38,078 bases of DNA from Candidatus Giovannonibacteria bacterium RIFCSPHIGHO2_02_FULL_44_11 (lineage in GTDB: Bacteria > Patescibacteriota > Minisyncoccia > UBA11713 > 2-01-FULL-45-33), in contig MFHL01000005.1 of the NCBI GenBank assembly GCA_001778595.1, forward strand, positions 1-38,078. Reading direction: 5' to 3'. The notes under the pieces are model-generated. The model was not told the origin of the DNA and made no database searches. It saw nothing but the letters and a program-made list of their open reading frames with translations. This document shows positions 26,315 to 34,341 of this stretch, in pieces. Each line of letters begins with the position of its first letter. The stretch's first letter is position 1. The position numbers were made by a program, and so were the translations under genes.

Positions 26315-27361
26315 ATGGAATATCAGGAAAAAATAATGCTGGCAATAGAAAAGGCCCTCCCGGGAGTGGTAAGCATTGCCGCGTCCAAATCCGCGGAGCT
26401 CGTCGCCGAAGACCTTCGAAAAATGGGCGTACCTCCGGAACAATTTTCGGAGAAGCTCAACGACGAAACGGTGGACGGCAAAGTGTCCGTATCCGGAGGC
26501 TCAGGTTTTATTGTTGACCCTTCGGGAATAATTTTGACGAATAAACACGTTGTGCAGGATAAAAAAGCAACTTACAAAGCGGTGATTGCCGGCGAATCTT
26601 ACGATTTGCAGATACTAGGCGTTGACCCTCTTGCCGATATCGCAATATTAAAAATACTCAATCCTCCTTCAAGCCTTCCCAGTATTTCACTTTCCAAAAC
26701 CAAGCAGGTAAAGCTCGGCATGGCCGTGATTGCCATAGGCAACGCTCTTGGAGAATTTTCAAATACTGTTTCCACGGGTATAGTCTCGGGACTCTCCAGA
26801 TTTCTCTCCGCCATTACCGATATTGAAGGCCATCAGGAGCGCCTCCGCGGGCTTATTCAGACCGACGCCGCGATAAACCCCGGCAACTCGGGCGGACCTT
26901 TAATAAATCTGGACGGCGAGGCCATAGGCATTAACTCCGCAATAGTTTTCGGCGCGCAAAACATCGGCTTCGCAATTCCAATTGACCGCGCGAGGAACGA
27001 CCTTGAAGAAGTAAAAAAATACGGCCACATCCGCTCGCCGTTTTTGGGCATACGCTACGTTCTTTTGAATAAAAATATCAGAAAGCATTTCAAAATACCC
27101 GCTGAACACGGGGCTTTAATAGTAAAAGAGGGTGTAGGGGAAGAATTCGCGGTGCTTCCGGGAAGCTCAGCGTATGAAGCGGGCTTAAGAGAACACGACA
27201 TTATTGTAGCCGCCAACGGAAAAAATATTACCGAAAAAGAAACTTTGGAAGATGTTTTGGCCAACTGTAAAGTCGGCGACAAACTGGTTTTAAAATATCT
27301 GCGCAAAGACAAAGAAATGTCCTGCGAAGTTCTTTTGGAAGATCGCGCGAAGTTTAGTTAA
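26315..27361 (+). CDS. HtrA/DegP-family serine protease (trypsin-like domain + PDZ)
   Basis: GSGFIV...TNKHV (His), DIAILK (Asp), GNSGGPL (Ser). The C-terminal PDZ-like segment contains GSSAYEAGLREHDII. Confidence 0.88.
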   Translation: MEYQEKIMLAIEKALPGVVSIAASKSAELVAEDLRKMGVPPEQFSEKLNDETVDGKVSVSGGSGFIVDPSGIILTNKHVVQDKKATYKAVIAGESYDLQILGVDPLADIAILKILNPPSSLPSISLSKTKQVKLGMAVIAIGNALGEFSNTVSTGIVSGLSRFLSAITDIEGHQERLRGLIQTDAAINPGNSGGPLINLDGEAIGINSAIVFGAQNIGFAIPIDRARNDLEEVKKYGHIRSPFLGIRYVLLNKNIRKHFKIPAEHGALIVKEGVGEEFAVLPGSSAYEAGLREHDIIVAANGKNITEKETLEDVLANCKVGDKLVLKYLRKDKEMSCEVLLEDRAKFS

Positions 27362-27594
27362 AGCCCCAAAAGAGCTTTGAGACGCATTTGATCAAAGCCT
27401 ATAGTGAGCTCGCCGTCTATATCAATTACCGGTACGCCCATCTGACCGGTTTTTTTGACCATTTCATCTCTTGCCTTTATATCCTCGGCGACATCGTGCT
27501 CGGTGTATTCTATTTTATTATCCGCAAAATACTTCTTGGCCATCTTGCAATAGACGCACCAAGGAGTTGAATAGATAGCAACTTTCTTTGCCAT
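27358..27594 (-). CDS. Glutaredoxin/NrdH-like small redoxin
   Basis: 78 aa, CVYC active-site motif, GVPVIDIDGE glutaredoxin-fold block. Confidence 0.8.
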   Translation of the reverse strand: MAKKVAIYSTPWCVYCKMAKKYFADNKIEYTEHDVAEDIKARDEMVKKTGQMGVPVIDIDGELTIGFDQMRLKALLGL

Positions 27595-27619
27595 GTTTTA
27601 AATTATAACATAACCTTCA

Positions 27620-27660
27620 AAAAAACAAAAAACGGGGTCAATAACCCCGGTTTTACTTTT
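27620..27660. terminator. Rho-independent terminator (bidirectional A-run/T-run)
   Basis: cgggg/ccccg stem flanked by aaaaaaacaaaaaa and ttttactttttt. It lies just after the trxA stop on the minus strand. Confidence 0.5.
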
Positions 27661-27994
27661 TTACGTAATTTGCGTTTACGAAATTTTCGATCATTTTAAT
27701 ACCTTCCGTACCGCCGACCCCCCGGTCCAATTCGCTTCCGTTTCTGAACAATATCAGTGTTGGTATGCTTTGGATACCATGAAGACTTGCAAGGCCGGGC
27801 TCTTCATCAATATTAACTTTGACAAACTTCATTATGCCTGAAAACGGCTTTGCCAAATTATCCTCCAATATCGGTGCCAAAACCCTGCATGGTCCGCACC
27901 AAGGCGCCCAAAAATCCACTACTACCGGCAAATCGCTTTTCACTACCTCCGCGTTAAAATCCCGCGAGGAAACTTCCTTAACGTGTTCACTCAT
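27653..27994 (-). CDS. trxA: Thioredoxin
   Basis: WAPWCGPC active site, 113 aa, SD ggggagg upstream. Confidence 0.92.
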   Translation of the reverse strand: MSEHVKEVSSRDFNAEVVKSDLPVVVDFWAPWCGPCRVLAPILEDNLAKPFSGIMKFVKVNIDEEPGLASLHGIQSIPTLILFRNGSELDRGVGGTEGIKMIENFVNANYVKK

Positions 27995-28044
27995 TTTTAT
28001 TTACCTCCCCCTTGAAAAAAGTTTAAATCAAAAACAGCATTAAA

Positions 28045-28713
28045 TCAATGAGGCGTAAGCAGAAACCTATAAGGTTTCTTTGCCCACGCTCCCGCGTAGT
28101 CCACACCTATCCTAGGCGCGGCTTTTATCTTTGAAGATTTTATTTTAATTCCTCGGTCTTCTATCCATAATTTGTTTTTTTTAGACGCCGTCTGACCGTT
28201 GAATTTTTTATCTATTTTTAAAGATTTTGTAAGCTTAGCAGGACCATCAAGGCTTCTCGGCGCAACATTTTTCAAGACACGGATATTTTCCTGCTGAAAA
28301 ATTCCTCGTGCTTGCGCCGTCGCGCTCGCAAGGTCTTGAAAAATATTCGCCTTCAAAGCCTTAAATTTAAGGTTTTGCTGCGGCAAAAAATCGGAAACAC
28401 CTCTTATCAATACCGCCGCGGGATAATCTTTGGGGCCGGTCACAATATTCAGCATCCAGTGCATGCCGTAAGTAAAATAAACATACCACCGACCCGCTTC
28501 TCCGAACATCGGCTCATTGCGGAGCGTTCTTCCGCGCGAAGCGTGCGACGCTTTGTCTTTTGGTCCATCATAAGCCTCGACTTCGGTTATCATAAAACAC
28601 TTAGACGTCCGACGTCTAAGTGAGCTAGATACACATAAATATTTACCCAAAAGCTCCGGCGCAACCTTCAGCGCGCTCCTTTCAAAAAATTTTTTGGTCA
28701 GAACCTTTTTCAC
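28045..28713 (-). CDS. DNA-3-methyladenine glycosylase, Mpg/AAG family
   Basis: Blocks LLGKYL, ITEVEAYDG, SHASRGRT, YVYFTYGMHWMLNIV and AVLIRG. The GTG start overlaps the HAD gene stop (GTGA). Confidence 0.82.
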   Translation of the reverse strand: MKKVLTKKFFERSALKVAPELLGKYLCVSSSLRRRTSKCFMITEVEAYDGPKDKASHASRGRTLRNEPMFGEAGRWYVYFTYGMHWMLNIVTGPKDYPAAVLIRGVSDFLPQQNLKFKALKANIFQDLASATAQARGIFQQENIRVLKNVAPRSLDGPAKLTKSLKIDKKFNGQTASKKNKLWIEDRGIKIKSSKIKAAPRIGVDYAGAWAKKPYRFLLTPH

Positions 28714-29315
28714 CCCAAAAAATATTTAGCAAGCTCTTCGTGCGAAGCAATTTTAATGTAATTGTCCGATGCCGGGAATACGTTCAAATGGTCAAATAAA
28801 AATTTGTTCGGCACGTCCGCAAGAACGGATAAAATTTTCGTTTCATCGTCCACATAATGAGTAACTCCCAATTCTTTCGCCTTAATATTTTTCTCTATAG
28901 GCTCAACAACAAAAAAAGCGTTTGACTCATTGAAATATTTCGGCCAGATACCTCTTTTCTTCAGCAAATCTATCGCTATAGACGGCTCGAGTCTCCTTGA
29001 AATAAGGAGGTACGGTATTTTTGCCGAATTAATATCGTCCAAAAGCTTTACGATTCCGGGCATAAGCGGAGCCTCTATGGAAATCATGGGATTACAGTAG
29101 ATAGCGAGCTGAAGCCTGCGCAACAAATCAGAAGGAACTATTTTTTTTATTATTTCCGCGGGCGTTTGCATAGGCGACAAATTAATTCCGAGACTTTTGG
29201 CGACTCTCAATTTCAGTTCAGCATTATCAATCACAACTCCGTCCATGTCAAACCCCAAAATTTTTTTACCCCGACCAAGATCGCGGGCGTTGTCCACATG
29301 ACTTTTCATCTGCAT
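28710..29315 (-). CDS. HAD-superfamily hydrolase (nucleotidase/phosphatase-like)
   Basis: Motif I FDMDGVVID. C-terminal YVDDE acidic motif. Translationally coupled to the glycosylase gene. Confidence 0.7.
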   Translation of the reverse strand: MQMKSHVDNARDLGRGKKILGFDMDGVVIDNAELKLRVAKSLGINLSPMQTPAEIIKKIVPSDLLRRLQLAIYCNPMISIEAPLMPGIVKLLDDINSAKIPYLLISRRLEPSIAIDLLKKRGIWPKYFNESNAFFVVEPIEKNIKAKELGVTHYVDDETKILSVLADVPNKFLFDHLNVFPASDNYIKIASHEELAKYFLG

Positions 29316-29360
29316 TCTTCTATATTAACTTAAGATTTGAAATTTTGGAAATAAAATTAT

Positions 29361-30056
29361 ATGCAAACACCGGAATGGGAAATTGGCAAGGAAGAATTTT
29401 TAAAAAGACTCGGACTCTCCGGCGGCGATCTTGTAAGACGGATGAATCTTCCAGACCTGGACACGGCTGAACACATTATTCCTTTAAGATACATGAAAAA
29501 TGTCGGCGAACTATCTCCGATAAGCTGGGATCTTGCGAAATATCTCATGTCCAAAATGCGGACGATGAACGGACACTATCCTTTCAGCGAAGCGCAGATA
29601 AGCCTGCGGAAATTTGACCCGAACGGCCTTAAAGTAGGCCAGAAATTCGCGTACGAGGAAAATTTGTCTGGCGTCTTAAAAGAACTGCCTTCGTTCTTCA
29701 GAAATTACATGATACCGAGCGGGATAAGCGAACTCGGAGCATGGTTCGTTTTCGGGCGTGACCTGGAAGATGTCCCCGCTTTTTCGTGTTATCTGCCTCC
29801 GATAGTGGAAAGGCACGGCAAAAATTTCGTTATCATGGACGGCATACACCGGAATTATATCGCCAAACAAGTCGGCGTATCGCTCAACGCGATATTGGCG
29901 GAAAATATCTCCGTACCTTTTCCCTGCGGAATGAAAAACTGGGAAGAACTTTCCGTGATTTCGCTAAAAGATAAACCCGCCGACATCAACGAGAGGTATT
30001 TCACTCTGACCAAAGAACTTTTCCGCGACCTCAAATATCTCGGAATAGACGGATGA
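29361..30056 (+). CDS. ParB/sulfiredoxin-fold (DGxHR motif) domain protein, function unknown
   Basis: ISLRKFDPNGLKVGQ followed by FVIMDGIHRNYIA (DGIHR at nt 29838-29852), the two signature blocks of ParB-N/Srx/DGQHR-type domains. 231 aa. Confidence 0.5.
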   Translation: MQTPEWEIGKEEFLKRLGLSGGDLVRRMNLPDLDTAEHIIPLRYMKNVGELSPISWDLAKYLMSKMRTMNGHYPFSEAQISLRKFDPNGLKVGQKFAYEENLSGVLKELPSFFRNYMIPSGISELGAWFVFGRDLEDVPAFSCYLPPIVERHGKNFVIMDGIHRNYIAKQVGVSLNAILAENISVPFPCGMKNWEELSVISLKDKPADINERYFTLTKELFRDLKYLGIDG

Positions 30057-30064
30057 GGTGAAAT

Positions 30065-30781
30065 ATGAACAAAGAAAAGATGTTTGAACAAAAAGCGCAG
30101 GAAATACTCAAATATCTCAAAAGCAATATTCGCTACGGCAATTATATTCCGAGGCCGTTCTTTCTGGAGTTTACCGGCTCTCCTTCGGCGGGGAAATCGA
30201 CCACTATCACCGAACTGGATAAATTTCTGCGCCGCGAAGGTTTCAGAGTCCTGCCTCCGCAAGAAGGCGCCGAGCAGGTACGGCATATTGAGAGAGATAC
30301 TCCTCTCTACAACATCGCAACCTGCGACTATGCCCGGAAGATCCTTATTGATGAAAGCCACGGCCACAAATACGATGTCGTCATCTTCGATCGCGGTATT
30401 TTCGACGGATATTGCTGGATGGAATATTGGCAAGAAAAAAACAAGCTCACCGTTCAGGACAAAGAAATATATCAAAAGTTTTTTCTTTCCGAGTTCTGGG
30501 TAAACAATATTGATGCCGCCTATTTCATGGTCTGCGACCCGAAAATCGCAATAGAACGCGAACAGCGCATCGCGCTTACCAAAAAACTCGGTGAGACGAC
30601 CAATCCTAAAAACGTAGAAATTTTGGTAAACCGGTACAAAAAAGCTTATGATGTCTTGTCACCCACCCACAAACAGCTCCGCCTGCTGGATACGACCAAA
30701 ATGGAAGAGAAAAAAATGGTTGAAATGATAGCCGAGCAAGTATTGAACGTCCTTCAGGAAAAAGCAAAAAGCGGCCGCTAA
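30065..30781 (+). CDS. P-loop nucleoside/nucleotide-kinase-like protein (dNK/TMPK fold)
   Basis: Walker A GSPSAGKST, downstream VVIFDRGIFDG (DR motif), LID-like EREQRIALTKK. SD gaggtg. 8 nt after the ParB-like gene. Confidence 0.6.
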   Translation: MNKEKMFEQKAQEILKYLKSNIRYGNYIPRPFFLEFTGSPSAGKSTTITELDKFLRREGFRVLPPQEGAEQVRHIERDTPLYNIATCDYARKILIDESHGHKYDVVIFDRGIFDGYCWMEYWQEKNKLTVQDKEIYQKFFLSEFWVNNIDAAYFMVCDPKIAIEREQRIALTKKLGETTNPKNVEILVNRYKKAYDVLSPTHKQLRLLDTTKMEEKKMVEMIAEQVLNVLQEKAKSGR

Positions 30782-31377
30782 GGCCGTTTTTTATTTTTCT
30801 CTTCAAACCGCCTTATCTCGCCATCCAATAAAAATGCCGCGGAATTTACCAATGAGACAAGCTCCTCGGCTGTTTTTTTGAATTTTTTAAATTTTGTTTT
30901 GGTAACAGCTAAACGCATCGGAGTAACAATGGGCAAAAAATACGAATGCGTCCATTTTAGGCCCAGAATATGCAGGTTATAAACAACGCTGATGTGGTTG
31001 TCATAAAGATCGGAAAGCTTTACAAGCCTTACCGCCTCTTCAGAACCCGCAACCTGTTTAACATAAGGCATCACATTCTTGTCCCCCCATTTATTAGTCA
31101 TGCTTTTAATAATTTCTGATCCTCGAGGCCCAAAAACCGCCATAACTTCTTTTTCAGTGACTTTTGTGTCTTCCAAAACATCGTGCCCCAAAGCCGCAGT
31201 GACAATTATGGACCTTTCTTGTCCTCCGCATTCCCCGTGTTTTTCCAATACAAAACTCAAAAGACCGGAAACTCTGGCCAAATGATGCCAGGCGGGCACA
31301 TTTCCTGCTCTTACCTGACCTTTGTGCTTTTCTTTTACAAATTCGAGCGCATCTTTAAAAAATTTATCTCGGTCCAT
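30778..31377 (-). CDS. HD-domain hydrolase of the RelA/SpoT (small alarmone hydrolase, Mesh1-like) type
   Basis: HKGQVRAGNVPAWHHLARV, AALGHDVLEDT and VKLSDLYDNH match the SpoT hydrolase blocks (H..., HD..ED, K.aDrl.N). 199 aa, with no synthetase domain. Confidence 0.75.
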   Translation of the reverse strand: MDRDKFFKDALEFVKEKHKGQVRAGNVPAWHHLARVSGLLSFVLEKHGECGGQERSIIVTAALGHDVLEDTKVTEKEVMAVFGPRGSEIIKSMTNKWGDKNVMPYVKQVAGSEEAVRLVKLSDLYDNHISVVYNLHILGLKWTHSYFLPIVTPMRLAVTKTKFKKFKKTAEELVSLVNSAAFLLDGEIRRFEEKNKKRP

Positions 31378-31423
31378 AATTTTAAGTATAACAAAAAGCG
31401 GGACCTATGTCCCACTTATTTTT

Positions 31424-32161
31424 TTACTTTCCCGACAAACAACATTCATAATACTTCGTATGCTCCGTTAAGTCATGGATGGCTGCGTAGTGTTCGCTCC
31501 TTTCGCCGAAGACCGGAAAAACAAAATCCGGAGAGAGCAGCGAAAGCCACATCACGGCTGCAGTGGCGCTTCTTCCGCATCCGTCCGCCCACGGATGTAT
31601 CTCGCCGTCTATCATATGGTCGGCATAAGCCAAAAGCTCCGCCTGGGAAATTTGCTTATTTACGGCAAGTTCTATTTTTGAAACAAGCTCCCCGTAAAAA
31701 AAGTCCATTGCTGATTCCAACTGTAAAGGGTCCAGATTAGCTTTAGTGTAGGATACCCTCCACGTCCGGTAACGCTTGTTTACCCGGTAATTAAATCCTG
31801 CGGTCTTTTTAAGTTCCTTGGCCGAAGCGCAAAGTTTAAGATAATCATCCAGATAAGCGCCTTCTTCCTGCAGACCGGAATTGATGACCGAATCCCAGCT
31901 CTCCATCAAAGCTCTTATCGTGACGCTTTTTAGAAAAGGCTGCTTAATGGAAGAATAAAATATTGAGTCAATTGCGACGGATTTAACCAAGCATTCAGTG
32001 TTTTCGGCAACCTGCTCTTTTAAAGCAGTTTTTTCTTTTAAGAGTTTTTTCTTTTTGGAACTCGTGCTTGTATCAGACACACCTTTTGCCGTACGGCTTC
32101 TTTTTTCGATATTTTCTTTGAAAACCGCGGCGAAATCATCACAGCTCAGGCCGTTTATCAT
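31424..32161 (-). CDS. Fic/Fido-domain protein with a divergent active-site motif
   Basis: HPWADGCGRSAT at nt 31571-31597, compared with the canonical HPFx(D/E)GNGRxxR. The start ATG overlaps the stop of the upstream kinase-like gene (ATGA). Confidence 0.7.
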   Translation of the reverse strand: MINGLSCDDFAAVFKENIEKRSRTAKGVSDTSTSSKKKKLLKEKTALKEQVAENTECLVKSVAIDSIFYSSIKQPFLKSVTIRALMESWDSVINSGLQEEGAYLDDYLKLCASAKELKKTAGFNYRVNKRYRTWRVSYTKANLDPLQLESAMDFFYGELVSKIELAVNKQISQAELLAYADHMIDGEIHPWADGCGRSATAAVMWLSLLSPDFVFPVFGERSEHYAAIHDLTEHTKYYECCLSGK

Positions 32162-32832
32162 ATCTTTATCCCCTTTCTTTTCATAGTAGTTATCATTTTA
32201 TCCGCCGCCTTTGCAATCTTCCTCGCAACCGCGTCTTTATCATCAGTGAATTTGCCGCCGTTGCGGACGATAACAACATTCATCTTGCCGTCAAAAACTT
32301 CAGGCAGTTTCAAAAATAATTCTCTTATTTTTACCCTATTGCCGCGTCCCCCGGACATTTTTCCGCCAAGCCCTTTGTCTGCCTGTTTGCGCAGCGACTC
32401 CCTTTCCATCGCCGTATCCACATCACAATCGGTTATGACCGCGATGTCAGGAACGCGCAAACCCATGTGATTTATGAAAAGGTCCCAAATCTGGTACTGG
32501 TCTAGATCCCCGGGAGAGGCTCTATATGCCAAAGAACTCACAAATGACCTGTCCCGCAGGACAAAATCGTTCAAGCACAACGCTTCGTCCACAACCTGCT
32601 CGGTCATCCTGAAACCTGCAACGAACAGCGGGAATACAAAAGCACTTTTTACTATATCATTCTTCCCGCACCACGGCAGCATCAAAGCGCCGTGGTCTCT
32701 CAAAGGCGCTATTTCATTGTCCCGTAAAATTTTGACTTTTTTCCCGAGGCCGGTCAAATAATTTTCGAATTCTTTAATTACAGTGCCTTTTCCCGTACCG
32801 CTTCCTCCGTCGAAAGTTATATAGTATCCCAC
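32158..32832 (-). CDS. Thymidylate-kinase-family P-loop kinase (divergent)
   Basis: ITFDGGSGTGKGT P-loop at the extreme N-terminus, LRDRSFVSSLAYRA (the TMPK DRY..S..AY block), and a Gly/Arg-rich LID (GGKMSGGRGNR). GTG start without an obvious SD. Confidence 0.6.
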   Translation of the reverse strand: MGYYITFDGGSGTGKGTVIKEFENYLTGLGKKVKILRDNEIAPLRDHGALMLPWCGKNDIVKSAFVFPLFVAGFRMTEQVVDEALCLNDFVLRDRSFVSSLAYRASPGDLDQYQIWDLFINHMGLRVPDIAVITDCDVDTAMERESLRKQADKGLGGKMSGGRGNRVKIRELFLKLPEVFDGKMNVVIVRNGGKFTDDKDAVARKIAKAADKMITTMKRKGIKI

Positions 32833-32871
32833 CGGTCAATACCCGAATAATCTGTTTCTGTTATAGCACGA

Positions 32872-33735
32872 TTAATTTCCGGCACAAAGATTAAACGCCT
32901 GCACTTCAGCATTATACTTGATTACCATGGTCTTTATTTCATCTATAAGCGAGTTGATCTGCCTTACAAGCGAATTGTATTCGTCCACTTTTTGGTTGTA
33001 TTCGCCGAATTCTTTGCGTGTTTTCGGTTCGTTTGCTTCCAGTTCCGCTTTCAAATTTTCCGCCTCCGCTTTGAGGATGTTTAATCCGGCTTCGCCGCCG
33101 TAGATATCAGTCTGAAGCATTTTATCAGGCGACGGGCAGGCCGAAAGCGGCAGACCGAATTCCTGCACGGCAAGCCATGTCTCGTGCCCTTCATATATTC
33201 CTTTTCCTACCGCGACCCCGATTTCCCGGTATCTGTTATTTAAAATATTCGCGCGGTGTCCGGGAGAATTCATCCATGCCGTGACCAAATCTTTATCTCC
33301 CGCAAAATTGCCGAGCGCGAGATTTTCTCCGGCAAGAATATAATCATACCCTTGCGCCTCCACCAGGTCTCCCGGCCCGATGCCCAAGGGAGAAACATGC
33401 TCAAAATATTGCTTTGCGAACATATCTTTCAGTTTCACCTGCGCCGCGGCGTTTAATTTGGTGTTTTCTTTCAGCACAGGGAGACCGCCGTTATTTTGAC
33501 GCTCTATGTTCGTGCGTTCAATTACCCCGGCCTTTGTAAGCACAACGGCCGGCGCAGTACTGGAAGAACGCAGCGGCGCAGGCGCCGAAATTTCTTTCTT
33601 GATGTCGTTTACAATATTCGGAATATTGTTGGATATCTCGGGCAGTGCCTTATAAACCTTAAGCAGGTCGGCCCGGAAATAAAACAATACCGCGAACACC
33701 GCGCCAAGTACCGATATAGATAAGATTTTTTTCAT
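32872..33735 (-). CDS. Secreted/anchored CAP (SCP/PR-1, YkwD-like) domain protein with a C-terminal coiled coil
   Basis: N-terminal TM/signal sequence. CAP blocks GENLALGNF and WMNSPGHRANIL...YREIGV. Confidence 0.75.
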   Translation of the reverse strand: MKKILSISVLGAVFAVLFYFRADLLKVYKALPEISNNIPNIVNDIKKEISAPAPLRSSSTAPAVVLTKAGVIERTNIERQNNGGLPVLKENTKLNAAAQVKLKDMFAKQYFEHVSPLGIGPGDLVEAQGYDYILAGENLALGNFAGDKDLVTAWMNSPGHRANILNNRYREIGVAVGKGIYEGHETWLAVQEFGLPLSACPSPDKMLQTDIYGGEAGLNILKAEAENLKAELEANEPKTRKEFGEYNQKVDEYNSLVRQINSLIDEIKTMVIKYNAEVQAFNLCAGN

Positions 33736-33754
33736 AATGTACTATAATTGTATA

Positions 33755-34297
33755 ATGAAATTTTATTCAGGGAAAGGCGACGGCGGAACCACAACTTTGT
33801 TCGGCTCCGGCAAACGCATCAAAAAAAATAATAAAATTTTCCATGCGCTGGGAAATTTGGACGAGCTAAATTCTTATCTGGGTATTTGTGTGTCTTTATC
33901 GCAGGATAAAAAAATCAAAAACATCGTAAAAAACATACAGGAAACTTTATTTATTTTACAGGCGGAGCTTGGCGGAAGCAAAAATCTAAAATTAGAAGAA
34001 AAAAAGTTAAAAGAACTTGAAAAAACCGCTGATAAATTCGGCGGCGAGCTCGGTGTTATCACAAAATTCACAATCTCCGGAGGAAGCGTGTTGTCCGCGC
34101 ATTTGGATTATGCGAGAGCTCTCGCACGGCGTGCAGAACGCCAAATTTGTGATTTGGAAGCTCGGCTTCCAAGTGGAAGCCGAGCTTCCAAATTTAGCCT
34201 ATCCTACATGAACCGTCTCTCCAGTCTGCTTTTTGTCCTCGCGCGCTACGCAAACAAAAAAGCGGGTGCAAAAGAAAACAATCCGAAATATAAATAA
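33755..34297 (+). CDS. PduO-type ATP:cob(I)alamin adenosyltransferase family protein
   Basis: MKFYSGKGDGGTT N-terminus (family pattern YTKTGDKGTT), LQ.ELG block, ARALARRAERQ. Start set to ATG 33755. Confidence 0.75.
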   Translation: MKFYSGKGDGGTTTLFGSGKRIKKNNKIFHALGNLDELNSYLGICVSLSQDKKIKNIVKNIQETLFILQAELGGSKNLKLEEKKLKELEKTADKFGGELGVITKFTISGGSVLSAHLDYARALARRAERQICDLEARLPSGSRASKFSLSYMNRLSSLLFVLARYANKKAGAKENNPKYK

Positions 34298-34301
34298 AAA
34301 A

Positions 34302-34341
34302 CCGTCCACGACGTTTACGTCGGGACGGGATTATTTTTTTT
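34302..34341. terminator. Rho-independent terminator between convergent genes
   Basis: ccgtcc ... ggacgg stem with an inner acgacg/cgtcg pairing, followed by a T-run that also encodes the terminal Lys codons of the minus-strand gene. Confidence 0.6.

Noticed and set aside
29855-30475. 206-aa minus-strand ORF spanning the ParB-like/kinase junction
   Set aside because: It overlaps two plus-strand genes that have clear motifs (DGIHR, Walker A) and an SD-linked start. It has no motif of its own.
31183-31740. 185-aa plus-strand ORF overlapping the HD hydrolase and Fic genes
   Set aside because: It is antisense to two motif-supported genes and crosses their intergenic spacer. The translation is low in complexity.
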